From a virus (Duplodnaviria > Heunggongvirae > Uroviricota > Caudoviricetes), in IMG/VR virus record IMGVR_UViG_3300037512_000782, positions 1 through 64,000 of that record: a DNA stretch of 64,000 nucleotides, one strand, 5' to 3'. Position numbers and translations under genes: made by a program. This document shows, one piece after another, positions 47,364 to 56,531 of this stretch (positions within the stretch are counted from its first letter, which is position 1; every line of letters starts with the position of its first letter). The notes beneath the pieces are model-generated. The model saw nothing but the letters and a program-made list of their open reading frames with translations. It was not told the origin of the DNA and did no database searches.

Positions 47364-48396
47364 ACTTCCAATCCGGTGCGTACTTCTTGAGAATCTGCAT
47401 TACGTTGAGCAAGAAGCCCCACAAGGCATACTCTTGGTCAACTTGGTGGTTAGACTGGTACATCGCATTGGAAAGAGCGACGCCGAACGGAATGAGCACT
47501 TCGTCTGGAAGGCGGTCGATTGCGTAATCGCCGAATGAACGGTACACGCCTTGGCAGAACGTGATGTTCTTCGATATAAAGTAGCGGAGTTCGCGCACCT
47601 TGAAGTTGACCGTCATGTCGAAAAGAGTTTCCGTATTGGACGGAGCCATGCTAGGCATCGTACCGATAATGCTGCCGCCATTTTCGAGGAACGAACGGTG
47701 CATAGTGGCGATCATCAAGCGGATGTCTGGGTAGCACTCGTTGATGATGTTGGCGACGAGGAACTTGTCCACCGTGCCGCCCTTGGCATCGCACTCGCCC
47801 TTGGCAATCTTCATCAAGCGCTTGTGGAGACGAGTCTTGTATTCCTTGAGTTCAGCCTCGGCGTCTTCCTCGTGTTCAAACTTTGCGCCGAAGTCGATAG
47901 CCATACAGCGAGACTGGATTGCTGGCGGAATGCGCCAGAGTTCGTTACACGTCAAGATGAATCGTAACGTGCTGGAAGTATCCTCGATTTCGGACTGAAG
48001 AACGCGGTAGAAGTCGGCTGGCTTGTTCGGCTTGTCGGCTTCGTCGATGATAACGAACTTCGGCTGTCCATCCGGAGAGCTGTACTTAGAAAATTCCTCA
48101 ATCTGGTCAATGATTTCGGAGTCACGCTTACCGAATAGGAACATCGACTGTGCGCCGATGATCTTCGGAATGGCCTTTGCTATAGAAGTCTTGCCAGTGC
48201 CCGGTGCGCCAGAGTGAAGGATGTAGTTGCCGAACGAATTCATTTCGATAGCGTTCTTGAACAAGTTCTCCACGTTGCGGTGGAGGATGATGCTATCCAA
48301 GTCAGTACCACGGTACTTCTCTTCCCAAGGAAGGTTGCTGTTGATGGCCGACTGCATATCGGCGGTAGCATTCTGCTGGTCAATTACGTTGAACAT
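47353..48396 (-). CDS. clamp loader large subunit (gp44/RFC-like)
   Basis: WEEKYR, GAPGTGKTS, IIDEAD, FILTCN, IQSRC, YPDIR. Confidence 0.95.
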   Translation of the reverse strand: MFNVIDQQNATADMQSAINSNLPWEEKYRGTDLDSIILHRNVENLFKNAIEMNSFGNYILHSGAPGTGKTSIAKAIPKIIGAQSMFLFGKRDSEIIDQIEEFSKYSSPDGQPKFVIIDEADKPNKPADFYRVLQSEIEDTSSTLRFILTCNELWRIPPAIQSRCMAIDFGAKFEHEEDAEAELKEYKTRLHKRLMKIAKGECDAKGGTVDKFLVANIINECYPDIRLMIATMHRSFLENGGSIIGTMPSMAPSNTETLFDMTVNFKVRELRYFISKNITFCQGVYRSFGDYAIDRLPDEVLIPFGVALSNAMYQSNHQVDQEYALWGFLLNVMQILKKYAPDWKYAV

Positions 48397-48412
48397 TGAT
48401 AAACTCTCATGT

Positions 48413-48730
48413 ATGAATGTTGAATTTGTTAAATACCTTTCTTCGAAGAACTCCGAGCCAGCACGAGCCGCTTTGGCGCTCTATGAGCAAGTGTGCAGCG
48501 ATGTGAACGCTCCGCTTGTGTCGCCGGGCCAAGCTTGTTGTACTCAGTCACTCGACGAAAACGAGTATTTCGACGAACCGACAATGAGCGACGAAGCGCT
48601 TGAAAAAGTCCATCAGGCGAAGACTGGGTGTCGACGAGTTCTCGCACCATCAGCTGGACGGACGTCACTCGGCATAATGGGAAACGGATTCCCCGAAAAT
48701 GTATGCGCTTCGAGCGGTTCTTCAACTTAA
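48413..48730 (+). CDS. hypothetical protein (probably late, very short leader)
   Basis: ATAAACT at 48399, 7 nt before the ATG; fills the gap between gp44 and the polymerase. Confidence 0.6.
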   Translation: MNVEFVKYLSSKNSEPARAALALYEQVCSDVNAPLVSPGQACCTQSLDENEYFDEPTMSDEALEKVHQAKTGCRRVLAPSAGRTSLGIMGNGFPENVCASSGSST

Positions 48731-48754
48731 TCTTTCCTACTTTCATAATCTCTC

Positions 48755-51712
48755 CTAGAACATCGACAGCATGAAATCGCTCTCGTCGTATTCGAGGCGT
48801 TCATCCCAGCCGACGGCTTTGAATAGACGGCCAAGCACTTGAGCCACGCAAACCTTCCAGTGTTCTTCCCAGTCTGGGTGGAAGATTTCGAGCAGACGAG
48901 GCGGACATTTATCGCCAGTATAGCAGATGATGCTAACGCCAAACAGACGGTCGGCCTTCTTAATGAATCTGATCTTCGATCCAGCGTACACTGGTTCGTA
49001 AGGGAACTTCGAGAGTTCCGGGTCATTCTGGATAAGGTAATTCCACACAGCACCAGCCTTGACGCGCCAGTCAATCTTCTTCTTTTCTTCTGCTGGCATG
49101 CTGTCAAGAACTTCGAGCGGAGGCGGATCATTCTTGACGCCGCACGGACATGCGATGTAGCTGAAATTCTCCTTCTGCACGGAATCGAAGAATTCCTTCT
49201 TGATTTCGAGCAAGCGGTTACGCACCGTCGCCTTGTCCATGGTATCCATCATCAAGTCCACCATGTCCATCATACGATCCTTACCGAACAAAGCTGTAGA
49301 GCTTCGTACAAGTTCAAGACCAGTGATGGCGTATTCTGGCTTGACCGCAAGAGTACCCTTGACCCACTGCTTGTTATCGTCCTTGTGACCCAAGTCGAGG
49401 TAGACGATGTCTTCCATGCTTTCCACCAAGCAGATGTACTTCTTCTTGGCGGTCACGATAGCCTTGTGGATGCACTTCTCTCGCTTTAAGAACAACTCGT
49501 TCGTCAAGTAGCCCCACTGGTTAGCGTAACTGAGCATGTACTCGTCAAGTTTCTCTTCCAAGATGCAAGCATCAAGGATTCGGCAGAAGTCGGTAAGTCT
49601 GTAGCGGTTGTAGATGATGCGGTAATCGCCCGTCATGAAGATACCGTCGGCGAAGGTAATCTGCGCCTTCGTCCATCCAGTCTTTTCATCTGGTGTACGC
49701 ATTTCCGCGCCAGTCCAATTTTCCTTACCGTACTTCGTGCAGAGGCGGTTGAACGCCTTCTTGGAGTCGAGTTCGTGGTCGTTGTCGAACGAATAGCGTT
49801 CCACGATTTCGTGCTTGTCGAATACGATGACCTCGGTGCCAGTTCCTTGCTTCAGTCGGAACTGTTCATAGATGTCGCCGAACTTCACGAAGAAGGAGTC
49901 AGTATCGCCGTGGCTCATGCGCTTGTAATTCACTTCGCCTTCGGCATCGGTGAACGTACCGACAAGTTCTGGGTCGATATCCGGCTCGTATCCGAAGACC
50001 TTCTTGAATACTGGGTCGCTATGGATATCGTTGTTGATGTATTCAGAAAGACGTGCAATCGTGTACTTGATGAGGCGCTGGCCGTAAGCGGTAATGGAGG
50101 CGGCATTGTCCACGTCGTACAGAGCAAATAGTTCAGAACCCATCAAGCCATACAGAGAGTTTCCAAGCACCTTGTACACTTTCTGCATCATATCATAGAC
50201 GCCAGCCATTTCCTTGTCGCCGTTCTTCTTGGCCTTCTTCATCTGCTTCTTCAAGTTGGAACGACCGTCGAACAGAAGCCTTGTAACTTCTGGCACGACG
50301 CCGACCTTGTCCTTGCGGAAGTAGACTTGGTAGCGACCGTTATGATCCCACGGAGACTTAATAAGATTCTTCTTTTCTTCTTCTGTAAGCACATAGTCGA
50401 TCGGGAACGTGACCTTCATCTCCGGTGACGTGTTGAACGTCATCATGATAGAAGGATACAGCGATCGATAGTCATAAGATACTAGGTATTCCTTGTAGCC
50501 CGGAACAGAGTACACGAAAGCGCCAGGGAACACTTCCTTGTGCTGCTGGCGATACGGCGGGAATGTACGGTTCGTGTGGTGAAGATGATCCAGCATGAAG
50601 CCAGTAAGCATCTTCTTGGACGAGAACACAGACGAGAACGGAACACGAGCAGCGGCTGCAGAAGTAACCGCGAGGCGGAACATCTGAGCCTTAATTTCAA
50701 TCTTTACAAGGAGCTTGACGTCTTGGAAGTTATACAAGACATAGTCTTCCCAGTACTTCTGCCAAGACAGATAGCCGTCTGGAAGCGGAGCCTTGCTCTC
50801 ACCAACAATCTTTTTACCAATATAATCGAGTTTGTATGAAGCCTCTTCAGAGAAGGTGTACTTCTTGTAGAGTTCAAGGAAGTCAATAACTTCAGTACCG
50901 TTAATTACCAACTCGTTCTTGGCATTCAAGTATGCGCGTTTGTTCTTACCGCGCATTCTGGATAGTAAGTCGAGCGAAATACGGTCTTTCGGCGGAAGCT
51001 TTTCGTTAACTTGCTTCAGTCGATTGCAAATGTAAACAGTATCGAATCCGAAGTTCCAGCCAGACAAAATGTCGAGGTCGCTGGCACCAATCTGGAATAG
51101 TAACTTTGTAAGGAGGTCGGCTTCATCCGTACAGAGGATGTACTCGCCATTGTTTTCCTTTAGGAACTGCTTGCCCTTTTCGGAAATGTCCTTGGCGACG
51201 CCGTAGGTATAATACTTGTCTTCTTTGGATACGTAGAACGTAACGACATTGATAGGATACTTCGCTTCGGTCGGTAGAGAGAATCGGCCAGTCGTGGCGT
51301 TTTCAATATCGAGGAAGCCGAGGTTGATATCCTTCATGTCTGGGTGAATGACACCCGTATCGGCATAATGCTTTTGTAAAAATCGGCCACGTGGGTCAAT
51401 GTCGATTTCCGCAAGGTGATTAGTCGGCCCAGCATGGTTCTGCTTGATGGCCTTCTCAACTTCGAATGCGGACACTCCGTTGGCTGGGGGAACTTCTACC
51501 TTGTATACATCCCTATCCCAGATGTCCTTCATGCCGCACGGCTTTGCGCCGTATTCACCTTGCTTGTCGGTATAGAACTCATGCACCGATGGAACGGCAT
51601 CCATCGTGCCGTCCGTGTACCAAACGTACATGCGGTCGTTCTCCGTATCATGGAAGATCGAGCGCCACATAGGACGTTTTGGTTTTGCTTCTTCTGGTGT
51701 AATCTGAGCCAT
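48755..51712 (-). CDS. family B DNA polymerase (gp43-like)
   Basis: Exonuclease motifs LDIE, SGWNFGFD, YNFQDV; polymerase motifs DYRSLYPS, KVLGNSLYG, GDTDS, KKKY, GLE.VRSST. Confidence 0.97.
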   Translation of the reverse strand: MAQITPEEAKPKRPMWRSIFHDTENDRMYVWYTDGTMDAVPSVHEFYTDKQGEYGAKPCGMKDIWDRDVYKVEVPPANGVSAFEVEKAIKQNHAGPTNHLAEIDIDPRGRFLQKHYADTGVIHPDMKDINLGFLDIENATTGRFSLPTEAKYPINVVTFYVSKEDKYYTYGVAKDISEKGKQFLKENNGEYILCTDEADLLTKLLFQIGASDLDILSGWNFGFDTVYICNRLKQVNEKLPPKDRISLDLLSRMRGKNKRAYLNAKNELVINGTEVIDFLELYKKYTFSEEASYKLDYIGKKIVGESKAPLPDGYLSWQKYWEDYVLYNFQDVKLLVKIEIKAQMFRLAVTSAAAARVPFSSVFSSKKMLTGFMLDHLHHTNRTFPPYRQQHKEVFPGAFVYSVPGYKEYLVSYDYRSLYPSIMMTFNTSPEMKVTFPIDYVLTEEEKKNLIKSPWDHNGRYQVYFRKDKVGVVPEVTRLLFDGRSNLKKQMKKAKKNGDKEMAGVYDMMQKVYKVLGNSLYGLMGSELFALYDVDNAASITAYGQRLIKYTIARLSEYINNDIHSDPVFKKVFGYEPDIDPELVGTFTDAEGEVNYKRMSHGDTDSFFVKFGDIYEQFRLKQGTGTEVIVFDKHEIVERYSFDNDHELDSKKAFNRLCTKYGKENWTGAEMRTPDEKTGWTKAQITFADGIFMTGDYRIIYNRYRLTDFCRILDACILEEKLDEYMLSYANQWGYLTNELFLKREKCIHKAIVTAKKKYICLVESMEDIVYLDLGHKDDNKQWVKGTLAVKPEYAITGLELVRSSTALFGKDRMMDMVDLMMDTMDKATVRNRLLEIKKEFFDSVQKENFSYIACPCGVKNDPPPLEVLDSMPAEEKKKIDWRVKAGAVWNYLIQNDPELSKFPYEPVYAGSKIRFIKKADRLFGVSIICYTGDKCPPRLLEIFHPDWEEHWKVCVAQVLGRLFKAVGWDERLEYDESDFMLSMF

Positions 51713-51735
51713 AGTAAGTCTAGTTTAACAGTGAA

Positions 51736-51764
51736 TATGTAGCAATAAACAATTTGAATTGCAA
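51736..51764 (-). promoter_or_regulatory. sigma70-like promoter with extended -35 (TTGCAATTCAAA)
   Basis: TTGCAA-17 bp-TACATA(TT), immediately after the terminator at 51772-51797. Confidence 0.6.
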
Positions 51765-51819
51765 ATACAAGAAAAACCGCCATTTCTGACGGTTTTCGTA
51801 AGGAACATCAGTGTATGAA

Positions 51820-52428
51820 TTAAGCCTTCGGCTTCAGATAGGACGAGATCTTGTCGAACTTCTTCAAGACCTTTTCGGCGTCGGCAGCAGTCTTGGAGTC
51901 AGTGGCCAAAGCGCGTACGCCCTTCTTGAACAAGTCGATACGCTTCTGGAGCTTTGCGTTCTCCTCGAACTTCTTGTTCTTATCGGCACCGCTCTGGTTG
52001 CTGGAAGCTGCAGACTTGGCGGCGCTATCGAACTTTCCACCCTTACCAGCTTCAGGAGCCTTTTCGGCCTTCACTTCGGTATTGGTCTTGACTTCGGTAG
52101 TCTGGCCCTTGTCCTTCTTTTCCTTGGCATCGACATTCTCGACAACCTTGCCGTCGTCCTTCTTCTCGCCAGTCTTTGCCGGAGCAGCCTTTGCGAGCTT
52201 AGGATCGGAAGCAGTCTTGGCCTTGCCAACCTTCTTCTTGTTTTCATCGACGCCGTCGCCGGAGCACCAGCTACCAGTGTCGATCTTGTGGCCGTTGAAA
52301 TCGAGGATCGATTCTACAACAGGCTTGGGATTGTGAACGAGGCTGTACGGTTCGTCATCGATCGGTTCTGCAGCAATCCTATCGAATTCGGCCATAAGCG
52401 CTTCATTTTCGAATACATTGAATGACAT
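51820..52428 (-). CDS. Lys/Ala-rich hypothetical protein (probably late)
   Basis: GAGGTG RBS; ATAAACT on the minus strand at 52460. Confidence 0.8.
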   Translation of the reverse strand: MSFNVFENEALMAEFDRIAAEPIDDEPYSLVHNPKPVVESILDFNGHKIDTGSWCSGDGVDENKKKVGKAKTASDPKLAKAAPAKTGEKKDDGKVVENVDAKEKKDKGQTTEVKTNTEVKAEKAPEAGKGGKFDSAAKSAASSNQSGADKNKKFEENAKLQKRIDLFKKGVRALATDSKTAADAEKVLKKFDKISSYLKPKA

Positions 52429-52538
52429 AAACACCTCATGAGTCGTGTTTTTGCCCAATAGTTTATTATGTGGCCAAAAAATATTTTTTCAAATGCAAGC
52501 ATTTCGATAAACTGCAATTAGCTATCAAGGAATGGCAC

Positions 52539-53489
52539 ATGGACGATACAAAACCATCAATTATTGACAAGTTCTTAGACCAGAAGACGACCGAGTTCGA
52601 CAGCGAACAGCCGCCTAACATCCAGCACCTTGCCAAGATATCCGGCAAGTCTCCCAATGCCGTTAATGTCGAGTACGATCAAGAAGTGCGCAAGCTGGAA
52701 AAAGAGCAGATGCAGAATCCACCAGCCATGACCAACAATACAGACTTGGCGGCGATGGCTCGCGTCAAAGCCGTAGACAATCTGGAAGACCAGTACAAGT
52801 CCGGACAGACCGAAGAATCTGACGAAGTGACCTATGACGAGCTCGTAGGGGACATTAACACCGACTTCGGCCAAGCCCCAGCGGCAAACGAATTCAGCAT
52901 GTTCACGCCCGGTGAGCAAGATACAGCAAACCAGATGTTCGCCGATATCGACAACATCAATGCGACAAACCCATACGAAGAAGACGGATTCGACGACGGA
53001 TTCGAAGAACCAGAAACGGCGCTCGATTCGATGGACGGTCTTGCAGATATCGCAGAAAACGAAGACGGATCCACTACAGAAACTATGCCGAACGACAGCG
53101 CACCAGAGACACCAGCGGATGATTTTGATGCCGAAATTCCGGACACCCCAAAGCTCGAAGGTATTGACGACGTAATCAAGAAATTCGGTAAGTACGCGGC
53201 AATGGGTACGTTAGCATTCAACGTAGCAAACGCGCATGCCGCACCAAGCGACTTCCGACACGAGACGACGTCGCCAGACGGCAAGTCGACTACGGTATTA
53301 GCCAGCAATACACACAAAAATCTTTGGCAAAACCAAGACTACGAAGACCGAGTCATGGAAATATTCAAGCAACTCAAACAGCAGCGCATTGATGCTGGTA
53401 AGACGTTCAACGAACAAATTCTCTACAACAAGGCGCAGATGTACGCGCAAGCGGAGTTGACCACGGGAAAGCCGTGGAATGGCAAATAA
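52539..53489 (+). CDS. acidic hypothetical protein (probably late)
   Basis: ATAAACT at 52507; AAGGA RBS. Confidence 0.8.
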   Translation: MDDTKPSIIDKFLDQKTTEFDSEQPPNIQHLAKISGKSPNAVNVEYDQEVRKLEKEQMQNPPAMTNNTDLAAMARVKAVDNLEDQYKSGQTEESDEVTYDELVGDINTDFGQAPAANEFSMFTPGEQDTANQMFADIDNINATNPYEEDGFDDGFEEPETALDSMDGLADIAENEDGSTTETMPNDSAPETPADDFDAEIPDTPKLEGIDDVIKKFGKYAAMGTLAFNVANAHAAPSDFRHETTSPDGKSTTVLASNTHKNLWQNQDYEDRVMEIFKQLKQQRIDAGKTFNEQILYNKAQMYAQAELTTGKPWNGK

Positions 53490-53490
53490 G

Positions 53491-53516
53491 AAAAGGCGGT
53501 CGATTGACCGCCTTTC
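53491..53516. terminator. bidirectional terminator
   Basis: AAAAGGCGGTC GATT GACCGCCTTTC. Confidence 0.75.
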
Positions 53517-53532
53517 TCATTACGCTGAACGA

Positions 53533-54816
53533 TTAAGCGTTGTAGGTACACTTCCTCAAGAACATACCGTTACCATAAGTCATCATGGTACGGCCATTCT
53601 CAAATCCGTGCTGAAGCACGAGGTCGGGGCAACCAGAATTGCGCACCATCATCGTGAACACGTCAAGCGGAAGGACGATTTCGAAGCCCGGCTTTTCGAC
53701 TTGGCAGTCACCAACGCTGATGTTGACGTGAATGCGTTCGTCTTCCAGACCTTCGATACCGATAAGGCCATCTTCGATACCATAGATGCGAGCCTTTCCA
53801 GTCGGATTGACATGGTTGATTTCGAAGTACATACCGATGGCAGCCGCGATAGATTCAGCCTTGATGTGGAACACACGCTCAAGTCCATCGTTGTTGTATG
53901 TCTTCAAGGTGGCATCACCGATGTCAGTTTCGAGAGTAGCGAACATACCAGAAATACGGAGCTTCTTGTTCTTAGTATCGAGATCGATAATGACATTGAG
54001 CGACAAGTCAAGGTCAAGCGCATTCACGAGAGGAATGGCCTTAAAGATCTTGGCTGGAATGCTGACGCTGAAGTCAGACGTATTGTCATACTGCTTTGCG
54101 CCTTCGCTGTTGTCGTTCACCATCACAGTATTCTGCATGGCGGTCGCAATGGTGCAATGTTCATCACCAGTTCGGTAAGACACACGACCATTCTTGCGGT
54201 GGATTTCGACAGTTTCGAAATTGTACACGCTGTCGAGAATCGTGTTAAAGGACATCTGATCCATTGCGATACGGACGTTGAAGTCGTCATCGCTGGCCAG
54301 CTTCACTTCAAACGGTTCGCACGGATTGAATCCGATTTCGAGTTCGAAACCGCCGATACCATCATTGAAGAAAGCACCTAGATAAAGCTTGCCTTCGCTG
54401 ACCCACAGAGCTGCAGTCTTTTCAGCAGTGCCCATCAAGTGACGCACAGCGTTGCAGAGGTCGTAAATCTTGATGAACACTGGGCCATCAAGTTCTACGG
54501 AAACCGGAAGAGCATCCATCTTCACATGGATACCGCTATCGGTGTCAATATGGAGCCAGATCTTGTTGTCCTTCGGATCCACCTTGGTTTCGAGCCTTGC
54601 GACGGTTTCCGTATCGAGCAGAGACTGTTCGATAAGGGCAAGACCTTGTCCGAAACGGCCTTGCAGCACGAACATGGTCAACGGCAAATCTTCGCCAGTG
54701 GACACTTCCTCGGCAGCATCTTCGGTCGTCGGAGCCAACTTGTTGAAGTCTTCAAGCATGCCGTGAAGCGAGCTTGCGCGAACTTTCTCGTCTTCTGTTA
54801 TTTTGAGTTCACTCAT
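53533..54816 (-). CDS. divergent DnaN (beta clamp)-like protein
   Basis: Three-domain periodicity with DnaN-like segments: TDSGIHV..ELDGPVFI..LCNAVRHL; IAMDQMSFNTILDSV; TGDEH; FSVSIPAK; FEIVLPLDVFTMMVRNSGCPDLVL. Confidence 0.6.
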   Translation of the reverse strand: MSELKITEDEKVRASSLHGMLEDFNKLAPTTEDAAEEVSTGEDLPLTMFVLQGRFGQGLALIEQSLLDTETVARLETKVDPKDNKIWLHIDTDSGIHVKMDALPVSVELDGPVFIKIYDLCNAVRHLMGTAEKTAALWVSEGKLYLGAFFNDGIGGFELEIGFNPCEPFEVKLASDDDFNVRIAMDQMSFNTILDSVYNFETVEIHRKNGRVSYRTGDEHCTIATAMQNTVMVNDNSEGAKQYDNTSDFSVSIPAKIFKAIPLVNALDLDLSLNVIIDLDTKNKKLRISGMFATLETDIGDATLKTYNNDGLERVFHIKAESIAAAIGMYFEINHVNPTGKARIYGIEDGLIGIEGLEDERIHVNISVGDCQVEKPGFEIVLPLDVFTMMVRNSGCPDLVLQHGFENGRTMMTYGNGMFLRKCTYNA

Positions 54817-54893
54817 AGTATGTTTCCTTTTGAATTTTAAATTACATTAAAAAGGCCGCATCGCTGCGGCCTCTTGAAATTGTGTCGTTTCGA

Positions 54894-56453
54894 CTAGATG
54901 TTGGTCAGCGAGGCAGCAGACTCTTGGGTCTTGTCAGCTGGTTGCTGGGAAGGGCCGACATCGGCACCCAGCTCATCTTCTTCAGTGCCGAACGCGAAGT
55001 CTTCGCCTTCTGGCGGAAGGTCGACTTGTTCACCGCCAACTTGATCCATCATCGCGCCGAACGAACCATCGTTCATGAAGTCGTTCGACGCGGTAAGAGC
55101 GCTAGGATCAGCCGGAGCATCCAAGTCAAATCCGTCGGTGGAGGCAGCAGCACCACCACTACCGAATGCGGTTTCACCCGGCAATGACAAGTCAGAAGTG
55201 CTCATGTCAGACGGAGACGCAGTCGGAGCATTCATTGCATCTGGGAAGATTTCAGTGAGCTTGTCGTTAAACTCGGTAAGCGAAACATCGGCAGTCTGCG
55301 GGTCGTCAAGATAATCCAAGAATTCTTGAATCTTTTCTTCAGGAACTTGGTTGCGCTCCAGTTCTTGGAACTCCTTGAAGAACGCATTGAACACATCCTT
55401 CGGATCCTCGTTCTTCATCGGCTTCGTACCGTTATAGATTTCAGACGGACTCAGCGAGAAACCACGTCCAGTCTGGCCGCCTTCCTTGGCATCTTGAGAC
55501 ATCTTCTGAGAAAGAATCTTGCCCAATGTGTCAAGAGCTTGATGGCTGACGCTAGACATGTTGTCGAAGATTGCGCTCTTCATGTCGACAAGAGCATTCT
55601 TGTCATCATCGCCGCCATTGACATCGCCAGCGCCAATGGCGTTGTTTTCCATGCCAGGGATGTTCTCTGGAGGAGCGATGTCTTGTTCTTCGCCGTCCAT
55701 CGCGAACGCTTCTGCGCCCGGTGCTTGTTCGCCATCTTCAAGCAAAGTAACAGCGTTACACATATTCAACAGCTGCGCAAGGCCGCTGTCCACGCATTCG
55801 TGATAAATGGAACTGTCGGTGGCCATCCATGAATTGCTGGCGTCCTCGGTTCCGTTGCTAAGGCCATTCAATGTCTGCATCGTATCGAGATCGTTTCCGA
55901 CGTCGTAAGTGTTGTTGGAGTCGATAAGTTCGTCGCAAGTCTTCAAGATTGTATAGCCGAAGTTGTTGACGAACTGAGGACTCTGCAAGGATACTTCGTA
56001 AAGGTTCGACAGACCAGTGTCCGAAGTCAGCTTCACGGAGATATTTTCGTTTTCGTTCGGATAGAACAGCTCGACAAGCATATCATGGTCACGACGGTTG
56101 ATGATGAACTTGCAGTGAGTTTCCTTCATGTCGATACTTGCAAGGTTCATGCGCATGCCACGGTAGGCGGTATTGGTCACGGCTTCCGTAAAGACCTTCT
56201 TGTAGAGGTCGCGGGTCGTAATCAAGTTCTTGCCATATACCAATGGCTTGTTCTGGTCGTAGGTACGGTGATCCCAGTCGTCGCCATCTTGGGGCTTCTT
56301 TACTGGGTCTGGAATCTGCTTTGTCAGCATCTTAATCACTTTCGTCTTTGAAGGAACTATAGGGCCGCTCTGCGTGGTCACGTAAACATAGTCCTTCATT
56401 GCCTTGAGAAGCGTATTCTTGTCGATCTGGGTTCCCATGGAAATATCCTGCAT
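54894..56453 (-). CDS. large protein with a very acidic C-terminal half (probably late/virion)
   Basis: ATAAACT on the minus strand at 56467; start re-called at MQDISMG; terminator at 54849-54875. Confidence 0.8.
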   Translation of the reverse strand: MQDISMGTQIDKNTLLKAMKDYVYVTTQSGPIVPSKTKVIKMLTKQIPDPVKKPQDGDDWDHRTYDQNKPLVYGKNLITTRDLYKKVFTEAVTNTAYRGMRMNLASIDMKETHCKFIINRRDHDMLVELFYPNENENISVKLTSDTGLSNLYEVSLQSPQFVNNFGYTILKTCDELIDSNNTYDVGNDLDTMQTLNGLSNGTEDASNSWMATDSSIYHECVDSGLAQLLNMCNAVTLLEDGEQAPGAEAFAMDGEEQDIAPPENIPGMENNAIGAGDVNGGDDDKNALVDMKSAIFDNMSSVSHQALDTLGKILSQKMSQDAKEGGQTGRGFSLSPSEIYNGTKPMKNEDPKDVFNAFFKEFQELERNQVPEEKIQEFLDYLDDPQTADVSLTEFNDKLTEIFPDAMNAPTASPSDMSTSDLSLPGETAFGSGGAAASTDGFDLDAPADPSALTASNDFMNDGSFGAMMDQVGGEQVDLPPEGEDFAFGTEEDELGADVGPSQQPADKTQESAASLTNI

Positions 56454-56531
56454 GTGCTTGCTTTTCAGTTTATACAAATGCAAAAATGCGGCGAGCGCTG
56501 ACTCACCGCATTTTGTACCCATGACATAAAT

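Noticed and set aside
1662-53516. Similar AAAAGGCGG..CCGCCTTTC hairpins at 1662, 20373, 24156 and 53491 as a CRISPR or REP-type repeat family
   Set aside because: Dispersed single copies at gene ends with T tracts; explained as terminators; no spacer array seen
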